Notes under the pieces: model-generated
What the model saw: only the letters and a program-made list of their open reading frames with translations
Told to the model about the DNA's origin: nothing
Databases searched by the model: none
In this document: positions 9,184 to 19,973 of the stretch, in pieces
Position numbering within the stretch: position 1 is the first letter of the stretch
Layout: each line of letters opens with the position of its first letter
Assembly (NCBI GenBank): GCA_964649315.1
Contig: CAZYOU010000002.1
Span: 1,379-65,378, forward strand
Source of the DNA: an uncultured Stakelama sp.
GTDB taxonomy: Bacteria > Pseudomonadota > Alphaproteobacteria > Sphingomonadales > Sphingomonadaceae
Direction of reading: 5' to 3'
DNA length: 64,000 nt
Program-made: the position numbers and the translations under genes

Positions 9184-11409
9184 TTGCGAGTGATTCGCAA
9201 AAGGGGTGTTGCTGTGTTCTTATCTTCCGTATCGTTGGTCGCGTTGCTGGCCGCCGCTGGTCCCATATCTGTCGGGGTTGCAGCCGACACGCTCGATGGA
9301 AACGGCCAGCGCGACATCATTGTCACCGCAACGCGGTCGCCATTGGCTGCACAAGATGCGCCCGCAACCGTGACGGTCAAATCCGATGAAGAAATCGCCG
9401 ACGAGCTGGCGACTGACATCAAGGATCTGGTGCGCTTTGAGGCGGGAGTCAGCGTCAGGCGGGCACCCGCGCGGTTCGGGGCGGCGTTCGGCACCACCGG
9501 ACGGGCGGGGAATGAAGGGTTCGTCATCCGCGGCATTGGCGGCAACCGGGTGCTGATCCAGGTCGATGGTGTCCGCGTACCCTATGGTTTTACCTTTGGC
9601 GCACAGGATGCCGGGCGGGGCGATTATGTTGATATCGGCCTCGTTAAATCGGTCGAATTTCTGCGCGGACCTGCATCGGCATTGTATGGCAGCGATGGCC
9701 TGGCTGGCGCGGTAAGCTTCGTCACGAGCGATCCGGTCGATATTCTGCGCGACAAGTCGGTCGGCGGGCTTGTGCGGGCGCAGTATAATTCGTCCGATAA
9801 TGAATTCACCGAAACCGCGATCCTGGCCGCGCGCAGCGGATCATGGTCGGCAATGGCGGCGTTTACCCGACGCGATTTCAATGAGCTCGACAATCAGGCG
9901 ACCGTTGGCGGTACCGGGGTGACGCGCAGCCTGCCCAACCCGCAGGACGGCCAGTCGAATGCTGCGCTTGCCAAAATCGTTTATGCGCCCGGCAATGGTC
10001 ACCGGGTTCGATTGACCGGCGAATATCTCGACAATCGGCTGTTCACTGATGTGCTCACCGGGCAAAGCGGCACCGTCGACCGACTGACTGCGCTCGACAC
10101 CGGTCAGCGCTGGCGGGTGGGCGGCGACTGGACCTTCGACGGCACTGGTACGCTCGAATTCGCCCGGTTGGGCGTGTACTGGCAGGACGCCGCCGATCGC
10201 CAGTTCAGCGATGAGGATCGGCGCGTGCTTGCCGACCGTGAACGGCTGAACACGCTCTACAACCGGGTTTATGGCGCCTCGGCAGAAGCGCGGCTGCGCT
10301 TTGCGACCGGGGCGGTGCAGCACCGCCTCATCATCGGCGGCGATATAAGCGTGTTGCGCCAGAGCGGCTTGCGTGACGGAGTCGTTCCCCCCTTTGGCGA
10401 GACTTTCCCGACGCGGGCTTTTCCGACCACCGATTTCACGCTCGCAGGGGCGTTCATTGGCGATGAACTAACGGTCGGGCCGGTGGCACTTTATCCCGCG
10501 CTGCGGTTCGATCATTATCGCCTGTCGCCGGAAAATGATCCGACGCTGATCGGTTTCACCGCCGGCGGACAGACCGGGCAGCGGGTGAGCCCCAAGATCG
10601 GCACCATTGTGAAACTGGGCGGGGTGTTTCGTGTGTTCGCCAGCTATGCGCGCGGCTTTCGGGCGCCAGAGCCGGGGCAGATTAACCAGTTTTTCGTCAA
10701 TCTGCCATCCGGATACACGTCGATCACCAACCCCGATCTGCGGCCGGAAACCAGCGAGAGCATCGAGGCAGGGCTGCGGCTGAACACGACCATGATCGAC
10801 GCGTCGGTCAGCGTGTTTCAGGCCGACTATGACGATTTCATCAGCCAGGAAATGGTGAGCGGCGGGTTCACGCCTGCCAACCCGGCGGTGTTCCAGTTCA
10901 TCAACCTCGATCGTGCCCAGGTGAAGGGTGCCGAGGCTCGGGTCGATGCGCGGGCCGGGGCGGGCTTCACCGGATCGCTCGCCGTTTCCTACGCGCAAGG
11001 GGATCAGATCGCACCTAGTGGTGTCCGCAGGCCGCTGGCAACGATCGACCCGTTGAAGGTCGTGGCCGGCCTTGGCTGGCGGGAGCGGGCCGGTCGGTTC
11101 GGCGGGCAACTGATCGTCACCCACAGCGCGCGCAAGGCAATGAATGCCGTAACGGGTGTGTGCACTGGCGAGTGTTTTCGCCCCAATGCGTTCACGATCA
11201 TCGACGCAACCGCCTTTGCCCGCCTGAACGAGCGGCTGATCCTGCGCGCGGGCATCTTCAACCTGACCGACGCGACCTATGGCTGGTGGTCCGACGTTCG
11301 CGGTCTGGCGGTGCCTCGGCCGCTACCCGCAGGCGCAATGGATACGCCACCCGCGGCCTTCACCCAGCCCGGTCGGAACGCCAGTTTTTCGCTCAGTTAT
11401 CGTTTCTAA
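9184..11409 (+). CDS. TonB-dependent receptor, heme/hemoglobin-receptor-like
   Basis: Signal peptide, IIVTATR, plug motif RGPASALYGSDGLAG, FRAP and NPDL motifs, C-terminal FSLSYRF. Confidence 0.85.
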   Translation: MRVIRKRGVAVFLSSVSLVALLAAAGPISVGVAADTLDGNGQRDIIVTATRSPLAAQDAPATVTVKSDEEIADELATDIKDLVRFEAGVSVRRAPARFGAAFGTTGRAGNEGFVIRGIGGNRVLIQVDGVRVPYGFTFGAQDAGRGDYVDIGLVKSVEFLRGPASALYGSDGLAGAVSFVTSDPVDILRDKSVGGLVRAQYNSSDNEFTETAILAARSGSWSAMAAFTRRDFNELDNQATVGGTGVTRSLPNPQDGQSNAALAKIVYAPGNGHRVRLTGEYLDNRLFTDVLTGQSGTVDRLTALDTGQRWRVGGDWTFDGTGTLEFARLGVYWQDAADRQFSDEDRRVLADRERLNTLYNRVYGASAEARLRFATGAVQHRLIIGGDISVLRQSGLRDGVVPPFGETFPTRAFPTTDFTLAGAFIGDELTVGPVALYPALRFDHYRLSPENDPTLIGFTAGGQTGQRVSPKIGTIVKLGGVFRVFASYARGFRAPEPGQINQFFVNLPSGYTSITNPDLRPETSESIEAGLRLNTTMIDASVSVFQADYDDFISQEMVSGGFTPANPAVFQFINLDRAQVKGAEARVDARAGAGFTGSLAVSYAQGDQIAPSGVRRPLATIDPLKVVAGLGWRERAGRFGGQLIVTHSARKAMNAVTGVCTGECFRPNAFTIIDATAFARLNERLILRAGIFNLTDATYGWWSDVRGLAVPRPLPAGAMDTPPAAFTQPGRNASFSLSYRF

Positions 11410-11443
11410 GTCGCATTATCAGTCAAATTTAAGGGAGAAAGTC

Positions 11444-12484
11444 ATGATCAAATCACTTCGCATTTCAACGGTCCTGATTGCGCTCGTCCTCACCGCCAGT
11501 CCCGCGCTCGCCGATGGCCCGGTGCGGCAGGATTCCGCCGCAGCGCGCGCCGCGTTTCAGGCTGACCGCGCCGACATCATCGCGATGGCCGGCAATTACA
11601 AAGTGCGCTTCGACATGCAGGAGAGCACCGTGTGGAAGCCCGGCTATACCCCGCTCGATCGCAAGATTTCAGGCGGGCATGAATCGGTGCGCGTGATCGA
11701 GGATTCGCCCAACCGCATCGTGCTCCAGCATCTGCTGGTCGTCGAACATGAGGGAAAGAGCCACGTCATCAAGCATTGGCGGCAGGACTGGGACTATCAG
11801 CCTGCGCGGGTGCTGGTGTATAGGGGAACGGGAAAATGGGTGTGGGAGGATGTGCCCCCGCAGATGCGTGCCGGTCGCTGGTCGCAGACGGTGTATCAGG
11901 TAGACGACAGCCCGCGATATGCCGGTTGGGGCCAGTGGACCACCGAAGCGGGCGTCCGGCGCTGGCGTTCCAACTGGACCTGGCGTCCGCTCGCGCGCCG
12001 AGACGCGATCCGCAACCCGGTCTATGATCGCTATCTGTCGATCAATCGCCATCAGCCGACGCCGCAAGGATGGATCCATTGGCAGGATAACACCAAGATG
12101 GCCCCTGCGGGCGACAAGACCGTGCCTGTCGTGCAGGAATATGTGCTCAACAGCTATACCCGTTTCGACGGCTATGATGTGAAAGCAGCCGACGCCTATT
12201 GGGCGGCAAGCAAGGATTACTGGGCAGCAGTGCGCGCAGCGTGGGAGCGGGTCGCCTCAACCAAAGGCGGCATCGCGATTACCGAAGAAGCACAGACCGG
12301 CACCGTGATCAGCGGCAGGTTGCTGGCGATCGCCGATGAATTGCAGGCGGGCAAGATCGACAATGGCAAGGCCGTGGCCGAGGCAACCGGGCTGATCGAT
12401 ACCCGCACCGTCGCCCTCACGCCCGCCCCAAGCGCTGCGCAATTCGCCGACCGCCGCGCACCGAAGGCGTTGGCGGCGAACTGA
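11444..12484 (+). CDS. Secreted Trp-rich protein of unknown function (DUF6607-like)
   Basis: RBS AAGGGAG and signal peptide (ALA); HWRQDW, WSQTVYQVDDSPRY and RPLARR motifs; co-oriented with the receptor. Family assigned from memory of these motifs. Confidence 0.65.
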   Translation: MIKSLRISTVLIALVLTASPALADGPVRQDSAAARAAFQADRADIIAMAGNYKVRFDMQESTVWKPGYTPLDRKISGGHESVRVIEDSPNRIVLQHLLVVEHEGKSHVIKHWRQDWDYQPARVLVYRGTGKWVWEDVPPQMRAGRWSQTVYQVDDSPRYAGWGQWTTEAGVRRWRSNWTWRPLARRDAIRNPVYDRYLSINRHQPTPQGWIHWQDNTKMAPAGDKTVPVVQEYVLNSYTRFDGYDVKAADAYWAASKDYWAAVRAAWERVASTKGGIAITEEAQTGTVISGRLLAIADELQAGKIDNGKAVAEATGLIDTRTVALTPAPSAAQFADRRAPKALAAN

Positions 12485-12566
12485 TCGACCTGCCGCCACC
12501 GTCGCAATCTGTCGCAGCCGCGCAAGATCGCTTGATTTTGCGCCGACTGCGACGGATAGCGGCAGG

Positions 12567-13328
12567 GTGTTAGCACGATGGCTGTCCCGAAAAGCGCCGC
12601 CGGTGCCAATGATTGCCCCCGGCCAGCGCATCTATGCGATCGGCGATGTTCATGGTCGTGCGGATCTGCTCGACCAGTTGATCGACATGATCGAGGCGGA
12701 CGATGCCGCGCGCGGCGATGCCGATTTCCAGCTCATCTTTCTGGGCGATCTGATCGATCGTGGACCTGATTCTGCGAGGGTGGTTAAAACTGTCGGCGGG
12801 TTGCTTGCCACGGGCGATCAGGTGCGCCTGATCAAGGGTAATCATGAAGAGGTGTTTGTCGCTGCCGCCGCTGGCAGCGCGCAGGCGACCCGGCTGCTGA
12901 TGACTATCGGCGGTTATGAAACGCTCGAAAGCTATGGCATTTCGCGGGCAGAGGCTGATCGCGGGTCGATCCAAGATTTAGCCGATTTGCTGAACGCGCG
13001 GGTGCCGCAACGCCATTTGGACATCTTGAACAGCGGCGAGGATATGATCCGTTCGGGCGATTATGTGTTCGTGCATGCCGGTATCAGGCCCGGCGTGCCG
13101 CTCGACCAGCAACAGAGTAGCGATTTGCGGTGGATCCGGGGGCCTTTTCTCGATGCGCGGCGACGCGACGATTATGTTGTGGTCCACGGCCACACGCCCA
13201 CCGAAGCCGTCGCGTTCAAGCCCGGCCGGATCGGCATCGATACCGGTGCTTGTTACAGTGGCAAATTGACGGCGTTGGGTCTTGAAGGCGCGGAGCGCTG
13301 GGTGCTGCAGACGCATGATCATCACTGA
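12567..13328 (+). CDS. PPP-family metallophosphoesterase (Ser/Thr/Tyr protein phosphatase-like)
   Basis: GDVHG, GDLIDRG, KGNHE, HAG, HGHT, IDTG. Confidence 0.9.
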   Translation: MLARWLSRKAPPVPMIAPGQRIYAIGDVHGRADLLDQLIDMIEADDAARGDADFQLIFLGDLIDRGPDSARVVKTVGGLLATGDQVRLIKGNHEEVFVAAAAGSAQATRLLMTIGGYETLESYGISRAEADRGSIQDLADLLNARVPQRHLDILNSGEDMIRSGDYVFVHAGIRPGVPLDQQQSSDLRWIRGPFLDARRRDDYVVVHGHTPTEAVAFKPGRIGIDTGACYSGKLTALGLEGAERWVLQTHDHH

Positions 13329-13616
13329 ACATCAGTGCGTGAAAGGTGATAACGCCGGTGGCGTTCAACGGCCATCAGCAAATGAATCTCTATATTTCTA
13401 TTACTTAGTTACTGACGGTCGTAGGATCTGCCAGCGGTCGATCCGGCCTGAATCAGGGATGGCCAAAAACTGCTTTCATCCCCGAAAAAACTGAAACAAG
13501 GTGAAACCCAGCCCAGCATCCGTCCTAAAGGGGCAGGGACCCGTCCGGGTTGCTTGCTAAATATGGCTGAGGTAACTGATTTATAAAATGAATACCTGAA
13601 AATCGATCGGCAGATA

Positions 13617-15311
13617 ATGTTACTTATTGATGTTCTTCAATCAAGAAAAAATCAGATCATTTTTGCCGTTTTGATAGTCTCAATTTTAATGAGGCTAAAT
13701 GGTGCTACTTATGGTTTGCCAGCATTGCTCGATCCCGATGAACCGTTCTTTATGATTACCGGCTTGAAGATGATCAGGAACCAATCGTTCAACCCTGAAT
13801 GGTTTGGGCATCCGGGCACGACGATGCTTTATGCCGTCGCAACGATTGAAGCGAGTGTGTACGCCATCGGGCTGGCAAGCGGCCGTTTTGCCAGCGCGGA
13901 GGCATTTGCTGCTGCCGCTTATCAGGACCCTGGTATCATCTTCATGCCGGTCCGCTATTTTTTCATCCTTTGCGGCGCGGCGTGCGTGTTTCTCACAATC
14001 AGGATAACCGATCGCCTGTTCGGAACGCGTCCCGCGCTGATTGCGGGACTGTTACTGGCGATCAATCCGCTGCACATCAAATGGTCGCAGGTCGTGCGCA
14101 CCGACGTTCAGGCCACCGTTTTCATGCTGCTATGCGTGCTGGTGTCGATTACCGTGCTCGAACGGGGGCGGTGGCGCGATTATCTGATCGCCGGCGCGAT
14201 GGCGGGCTTGGCATGCGCCACCAAATGGCCCTGCGCGGTCATCATCCTGAGCGTGCTGGCGGCTGGTGTCGTAAGATTGACCCAGCAAACTGGGGAAGCG
14301 CGGCGTGAAATGCTGCGGATCGCAGCAGGTTTGATAGCTGCACCGGTCACGCTGGTGTTGGTCTCGCCCTATCTGCTCCTTGATCGCGCAACGGTGGTCA
14401 GTAATCTGGCGGGCGAGGCGCAATTGCATCATCTGGGTGCAACGGGCGGCAGTTTCTTATGGAATGTCGGCTGGTATCTCAGCAGTCCGCTCGGGGAATC
14501 GATCGGTGTTTTCGGCTTGGCGCTGGCAGCGGTGGGCATTGTCCTGATGGCCTATCGCTCACCCGGGGCGGCGGCGATACTGTTGCCGCCGGTGATCGTA
14601 TTTTTCGTCGCTATTTGCGGACAACGGATCATCTGGGGGCGCTGGATTTTGCCGCTGCTGCCCTTTGTGTCGATCTTTGCGGCGGTGGCGATCATGGCGT
14701 TTGCAGAGCAACTTCAACGCTTTGCGCGGCAACTCCCGCTGGTGGCGATGCAAGCGGCCGTTCTGGCTTTGATTGGCATACCGATGGTCGCCAAGGCGAA
14801 TGCTCAGGCAGTGGAGCGGCAGAACGATACCCGGTCGCGCGCTGCGGATTGGGCAAAGGCGAATGTGCCGCGCGGCAGCACGGTGATGCTCGAACATTTC
14901 GGGCTTGATCTGGTCGGGCAGCCCTGGGACTTTCTCACCCCGATCGGGGCGGCGGGCTGTGTCGATGCCACTGACTTTCTGAAGGGCAAAACAACTGCCG
15001 ATTTTGTTGGTGGGCTGCGCGGCAAATCGTCGGTGGTCGATCTTGGCACGATCGATCCGGCAAAGTTGTCCGGTTGCCGCGCCGATTTTGCCATTCTGTC
15101 AGATTTTGATCGCTACCGTGCTGAGGCATCCTTTTACGGGGAGGAGCTGAAAATCTATTACCGGTACATTCAGGGCGGTAAACAGGTAGCGCATTTCGCG
15201 CCAGCGGCGGGCATTTCGGGTGGCCCTGTGGTCAGAATCTTTCGGTTCGCGCCGCCCCGCAAGCCACGCCCTGCAGCAGGTCCCGGGTCGACCGTCGCGT
15301 CAAGCCAGTGA
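13617..15311 (+). CDS. GT-C fold glycosyltransferase (GT39/ArnT/PMT-like)
   Basis: N-terminal loop PDEP, multiple TM helices, LACATKW motif, C-terminal periplasmic domain. Confidence 0.8.
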   Translation: MLLIDVLQSRKNQIIFAVLIVSILMRLNGATYGLPALLDPDEPFFMITGLKMIRNQSFNPEWFGHPGTTMLYAVATIEASVYAIGLASGRFASAEAFAAAAYQDPGIIFMPVRYFFILCGAACVFLTIRITDRLFGTRPALIAGLLLAINPLHIKWSQVVRTDVQATVFMLLCVLVSITVLERGRWRDYLIAGAMAGLACATKWPCAVIILSVLAAGVVRLTQQTGEARREMLRIAAGLIAAPVTLVLVSPYLLLDRATVVSNLAGEAQLHHLGATGGSFLWNVGWYLSSPLGESIGVFGLALAAVGIVLMAYRSPGAAAILLPPVIVFFVAICGQRIIWGRWILPLLPFVSIFAAVAIMAFAEQLQRFARQLPLVAMQAAVLALIGIPMVAKANAQAVERQNDTRSRAADWAKANVPRGSTVMLEHFGLDLVGQPWDFLTPIGAAGCVDATDFLKGKTTADFVGGLRGKSSVVDLGTIDPAKLSGCRADFAILSDFDRYRAEASFYGEELKIYYRYIQGGKQVAHFAPAAGISGGPVVRIFRFAPPRKPRPAAGPGSTVASSQ

Positions 15312-15607
15312 ACGGACCAGTCCGTTTCTGTGATGACAGTTTCCCCATTCCAGATTGGGTCTTGCGAGGTCGGGCTTCCGTTGGGCGCGGAAAAGCCGTC
15401 CGATCCCGCGCGAGATTTCCAAGGATATACCGGTCCTTACGCGGAGTAACGGTGTCACGATGTCGGATGTCGCAACGGGCCGTTATCACCATTGAAGATA
15501 AGCGAAATTTGCGAGCCGGTTAGGCCATTTGGCTGGGTTGACAATTCCCCGATTCCCATCCCATAGCCAGCGCCCGGGGCCAAAGTCGACCTAAGGGGTG
15601 TTTACCT

Positions 15608-16375
15608 GTGCAAGCAGTAATTCTGGCAGGCGGTTTGGGGACCCGCCTCGGTGAGGAGACGTCTATTCGTCCCAAACCGATGGTCGAAATCGGCGGTATG
15701 CCAATCCTTTGGCACATCATGAAGATTTATTCGGCGCATGGCGTCAACGACTTTATCATTTGCCTTGGATACAAGGGCTATTTGATCAAAGAATATTTTG
15801 CGAATTATTTTCTTCACACAGCCGATGTCACAATCGACCTCAAGAAAAACGCGATGGAAGTCCACGAAAACTGGAGCGAGCCATGGCGCATCACGATGGT
15901 CGAAACCGGCGCGAACACCATGACCGGTGGTCGCTTGAAAGCGATCCGGCCCTATTTAGATCCCGACGGTCCATTTTGTTTCACCTATGGCGACGGGGTC
16001 GCGTCAATTGATATCACCGCGTTAATTGCTGCGCACAAGGCGCATGGCAAAAGGGCAACGATTACAGCCGTTGCACCCCCGGGACGTTTCGGTGCGCTCG
16101 AATTCGCTGGCGATCACGTTACAAGTTTTCGTGAAAAGCCGGCCGGTGATGGTGGCCTTATCAATGGTGGCTTCTTTGTGGCTGATCCGTCGGTGCTTGA
16201 TCTGGTCGACGGACCGGACTCGGTCTGGGAGCAGAAGCCGCTCGAGGCACTGGCCGCAAGCCGTGAGCTGGTGGCGTATCGGCATGACGGGTTCTGGCAG
16301 GCAATGGATACGTTGCGTGATCGCAACTATCTCGAAGAGCTTTGGCAAAACGGCGCTCCCTGGAAAGTCTGGTGA
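15608..16375 (+). CDS. rfbF: Glucose-1-phosphate cytidylyltransferase
   Basis: LAGGLGTRLGEET..RPKPMVEIGG, TMTGGRLK, FWQAMDTLRD, APWKVW. Confidence 0.96.
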   Translation: MQAVILAGGLGTRLGEETSIRPKPMVEIGGMPILWHIMKIYSAHGVNDFIICLGYKGYLIKEYFANYFLHTADVTIDLKKNAMEVHENWSEPWRITMVETGANTMTGGRLKAIRPYLDPDGPFCFTYGDGVASIDITALIAAHKAHGKRATITAVAPPGRFGALEFAGDHVTSFREKPAGDGGLINGGFFVADPSVLDLVDGPDSVWEQKPLEALAASRELVAYRHDGFWQAMDTLRDRNYLEELWQNGAPWKVW

Positions 16376-17448
16376 GCAGCAACGCTTGGCGCGGCAAGCG
16401 CGTTTTCCTTACCGGGCATACCGGCTTCAAGGGCAGCTGGCTCGCGCTGTGGCTCGCTGATCTTGGTGCCGAGGTAACCGGCTATTCGCTGCCCGCGCCG
16501 ACGGATCCGAGTCTGTTCGATCAGGCGCAGGTTGGCGGCGTGCTGAAGCGCGATATTCGCGGTGATGTCCGCGACCTGGACGCGTTGCGGGTAGCGGTTG
16601 CCGAAGCCCAGCCCGAGGTTGTGTTCCATCTCGCTGCCCAACCCCTGGTCCGCTATTCCTACGCCGAACCGGTAGAGACCTATGCGACCAACGTCATGGG
16701 CACTGTCCATCTGCTCGAAGCGTGCCGCGCGGTGTCGAGCATCGCGGCGATCGTCTGCATCACCAGCGACAAATGCTATGAAAACCGCGAATGGATTTGG
16801 CCCTATCGCGAAAATGACCCGATGGGCGGTTATGATCCCTACAGCAGCAGCAAGGGGGCGGCTGAACTGGTGATCAACGCGTATCGGCAATCCTTTTTCG
16901 GCAAAGGTCCCGCGGTGGCCTCCGTGCGTGCCGGCAATGTGATCGGTGGTGGCGACTGGGCAGCAGACCGGCTGGTGCCGGATATCGTCCGCGCGCTTGA
17001 AGCGGGGCAGCGGCCATCGATCCGGTCGCCCGCTTCGGTGCGGCCTTGGCAGCATGTGCTTGAGGCGTTGGGTGGGTATCTGATGATCGCTGATCGCCTG
17101 CTCGCAGGAGACCGGACGGCGGCGACTGGGTGGAATTTCGGCCCGGCCGATGACGATACCCGGCCGGTCAGCTGGATTGTTGAGCGAATGCTGGGCGAAT
17201 GGGGTGCAAGCGGCTGGGATCGTCCCGTTTCAGAACAGCCTCATGAAGCGACACTGTTAACGCTGGACTGTTCGAAAGCGCGCCGTGAATTAGGCTGGCG
17301 GCCGGCGATGGGGCTGGGGCAGGCGCTGGCGATGGTTGTTGATTGGCATAAATCGGTCGCGAAGGGTATGTCGGCACGCGACGTTACGCTGACGCAGCTT
17401 CAGGATTACCGTGCATTGCAAGCCGCAAACTTAATGGAGCTAAATTGA
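16372..17448 (+). CDS. rfbG: CDP-glucose 4,6-dehydratase
   Basis: [34 protein letters not shown]; GTG 16372 overlaps the rfbF stop. Confidence 0.95.
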   Translation: MSSNAWRGKRVFLTGHTGFKGSWLALWLADLGAEVTGYSLPAPTDPSLFDQAQVGGVLKRDIRGDVRDLDALRVAVAEAQPEVVFHLAAQPLVRYSYAEPVETYATNVMGTVHLLEACRAVSSIAAIVCITSDKCYENREWIWPYRENDPMGGYDPYSSSKGAAELVINAYRQSFFGKGPAVASVRAGNVIGGGDWAADRLVPDIVRALEAGQRPSIRSPASVRPWQHVLEALGGYLMIADRLLAGDRTAATGWNFGPADDDTRPVSWIVERMLGEWGASGWDRPVSEQPHEATLLTLDCSKARRELGWRPAMGLGQALAMVVDWHKSVAKGMSARDVTLTQLQDYRALQAANLMELN

Positions 17449-18809
17449 TGGAGTTGGACCTTGCCCCCAATGTTGAGGCGCTCGAAGCGATGACGGCGGG
17501 CTATGACGAGCAGCAATTCCGTCAGGCGATCCTCGACATGGTCGGCCAATATGCGCGCAATTTCCACGCGCCTAAGCCGTTCGTGTACGGCGAGAGCCCG
17601 GTCCCGGTGTCGGGCAAGGTGTACGGCGAAGCGGACATGAAGTCGCTGGTCGATTCCGCGCTTGATTTCTGGCTGACGACAGGGCGGTTCAACGAACAGT
17701 TCGAAGCCCAGCTTGCTGCGCGGATGGGATCGCGTTTCGCACTGACGGTCAATTCGGGTTCGTCGGCGAACCTGCTCGCGCTGTCGACCTTGTTCTCGCA
17801 CTATTTCCGCAGCGATGCGTTGAAGGCGGGCGACGAGATCATCACCGTGGCGACGGGCTTCCCAACCACGGTCAACCCGGCGCTTCAGTACGGCATGGTT
17901 CCGGTGTTCGTCGATGTCGATCTGCCGTCCTACAACATCAAGCCCGAAATGATCGAAGCCGCGGTCTCCAGCAAGACCCGCGCGATCATGCTGGCGCATA
18001 CGCTGGGCAATCCGTTCAATGTTGCGGAGGTGATGCGGGTCGCCGAGAAATATAATCTGTGGGTGGTCGAGGATTGCTGCGACGCACTCGGCGCCACCTA
18101 TAACGGCAAGGGCGTTGGCACGTTCGGCCATGTCGGCACGCTCAGCTTCTATCCCGCGCATCATATCACGATGGGTGAGGGCGGGGCGGTGTTTACCGAT
18201 AAGCCGATGATCAAGCGTGTGCTCGAATCGATGCGCGACTGGGGCCGCGATTGCTGGTGCGCGCCGGGCAAGGACAATACCTGCGGCAAGCGGTTTGAGC
18301 GTCGCCTCGGCGATTTGCCACACGGCTATGACCATAAATATACCTATAGCCATGCCGGGTATAACCTGAAGATCACCGATATGCAGGCCGCCGTCGGTGT
18401 GACGCAGCTTGCCCGCGCCGATGAATTCATCGCAGCCCGGCGCCGCAATTTCGCGCTGCTCACCGAGCTGCTCCGCCCGCTCGAGGACGTGCTGATGCTG
18501 CCGGAAGCGACGCCGAACAGTGATCCGTCATGGTTCGGTTATGCAATCACGGTTCGCCCGGGTGCGCATTTCACGCGCGACCAGTTGACCCGGCATCTCG
18601 ACGAGAACCGCATCGGCACGCGGCTGCTGTTTGGCGGCAACCTGCTGCGTCAGCCCTATATGAAGGGGCGTCCGCACCGCGTGGTCGGTGATCTGACCAA
18701 TGCCGATCTCGTAACGACGAACACCTTCTGGATTGGGCTCTATCCGGGCCTGACCGAGGGGCATTTGGGCTTTGCGGTCGATACGATTACGAAGTTCATT
18801 CGTGGCTGA
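17445..18809 (+). CDS. rfbH: CDP-4-keto-6-deoxyglucose 3-dehydrase (E1)
   Basis: [14 protein letters not shown] (His in place of the Schiff-base Lys), Fe-S cysteines EDCCD and WGRDCWC...C, YDHKY. Confidence 0.93.
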   Translation: MMELDLAPNVEALEAMTAGYDEQQFRQAILDMVGQYARNFHAPKPFVYGESPVPVSGKVYGEADMKSLVDSALDFWLTTGRFNEQFEAQLAARMGSRFALTVNSGSSANLLALSTLFSHYFRSDALKAGDEIITVATGFPTTVNPALQYGMVPVFVDVDLPSYNIKPEMIEAAVSSKTRAIMLAHTLGNPFNVAEVMRVAEKYNLWVVEDCCDALGATYNGKGVGTFGHVGTLSFYPAHHITMGEGGAVFTDKPMIKRVLESMRDWGRDCWCAPGKDNTCGKRFERRLGDLPHGYDHKYTYSHAGYNLKITDMQAAVGVTQLARADEFIAARRRNFALLTELLRPLEDVLMLPEATPNSDPSWFGYAITVRPGAHFTRDQLTRHLDENRIGTRLLFGGNLLRQPYMKGRPHRVVGDLTNADLVTTNTFWIGLYPGLTEGHLGFAVDTITKFIRG

Positions 18810-18863
18810 TACGGCGTTGGCCTATATTCTGCCTGCGCGGCATGACAATCGGATCGCGGCCAG

Positions 18864-19772
18864 ATGACGGCGCGTGCCCCGATTGTTATCACCGGTCCAA
18901 CGGGTTGGATCGGCATGGCTATGCTTGCCTGTCTCGCGCGGCAATCGGACGATTGGGCCGATGACGTTCGTTTGTTCGGATCGAGCGAGCGTGATGTCGC
19001 TGCGATTGATGGCACCGTCATCCCCATGCGGTCGCTTGATGCGCTGCAACCAGCCGACCTTGATGATGCGATCGTGATCCACCTTGCTTATTTGACCAAG
19101 GAAAAGGTGAATCTGCTGGGAGAGCGGCAGTTCACCGATACCAACCTCGCCATTGACGATATGGTGCTCGCGGCGCTGGCATCGGCAAAACCCCGCAGTG
19201 TTTTCGTTGCTTCGTCGGGCGCGGCAATGCTCGCGGCGCAAGGGCGCGATCGGCACCCTTATGGCCTGACAAAACTGCGCCAGGAAGATCGTTTTGCCGC
19301 CTGGGCCGTTGCCACGAACACGCCGCTGATCGTTGGCCGCATCTTCAATCTCGCTGGACCCTATATCAACAAGGTCGATTCCTACGCAATCGGATCGTTC
19401 GTCAATCAGGCGAAACGCTCGGGTTCTATCAGGATAGAGGCCGACGTTCCGGTGTTTCGCTCGTATTTGCATGTTGACGATCTTTGCGCGTTGATCTTAG
19501 GGGCGGGCCGAGCAGCGGTCGGTCGGTCTTCGCCAATCGACTTGTGTGGTGCCGAAACTGTTGAAATGAGCGATACGGCCCTGGCGGTGGCGCAGCAATT
19601 GGGCGGCAGCATCGCCGTTTCGCGCGGGCCGATCAATTGGGCGCAACCAAAAGCCTATCTTGGCGATTTTACCGACACCAAGGTGCTGGCGATGGAACTG
19701 AACCTGCCATTAGCCCCGTTTTCAGCCCAAGTGGCAGATACGGTGCGATGGATTGAACAGACAGGCCTTTGA
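18864..19772 (+). CDS. Extended SDR, NAD(P)-dependent NDP-sugar reductase/epimerase
   Basis: ITGPTGWIG and YGLTK (YxxxK); follows rfbFGH. Confidence 0.8.
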   Translation: MTARAPIVITGPTGWIGMAMLACLARQSDDWADDVRLFGSSERDVAAIDGTVIPMRSLDALQPADLDDAIVIHLAYLTKEKVNLLGERQFTDTNLAIDDMVLAALASAKPRSVFVASSGAAMLAAQGRDRHPYGLTKLRQEDRFAAWAVATNTPLIVGRIFNLAGPYINKVDSYAIGSFVNQAKRSGSIRIEADVPVFRSYLHVDDLCALILGAGRAAVGRSSPIDLCGAETVEMSDTALAVAQQLGGSIAVSRGPINWAQPKAYLGDFTDTKVLAMELNLPLAPFSAQVADTVRWIEQTGL

Positions 19773-19973
19773 TGGCCGGGAAGCTTGTATTACGAGCGTT
19801 TGAAGATTCGGGTAATTTGTTTGATTGCCGTGGAGTATGACCGTTTGAGATCATCGGATTTTCAGGCGTCATGTCGGGAAGTGATTTGAGTTTAAATCGA
19901 TTGAATGAGCGCACAGAGATAAGCACAGCGCAATCGGTCGATCATAAAAATAGGGTCCTGAAGGGGAAGTTCG

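Noticed and set aside
13480-13560. Possible c-di-GMP riboswitch or TGAAAC-N4-TGAAAC operator upstream of GT39
   Set aside because: Only fragments resemble the consensus and the pairing is not convincing; two 6-mers are too weak to call an operator.
15538-15570. Perfect TTGACA upstream of rfbF as a sigma70 promoter
   Set aside because: No acceptable -10 hexamer at 16-18 bp spacing.
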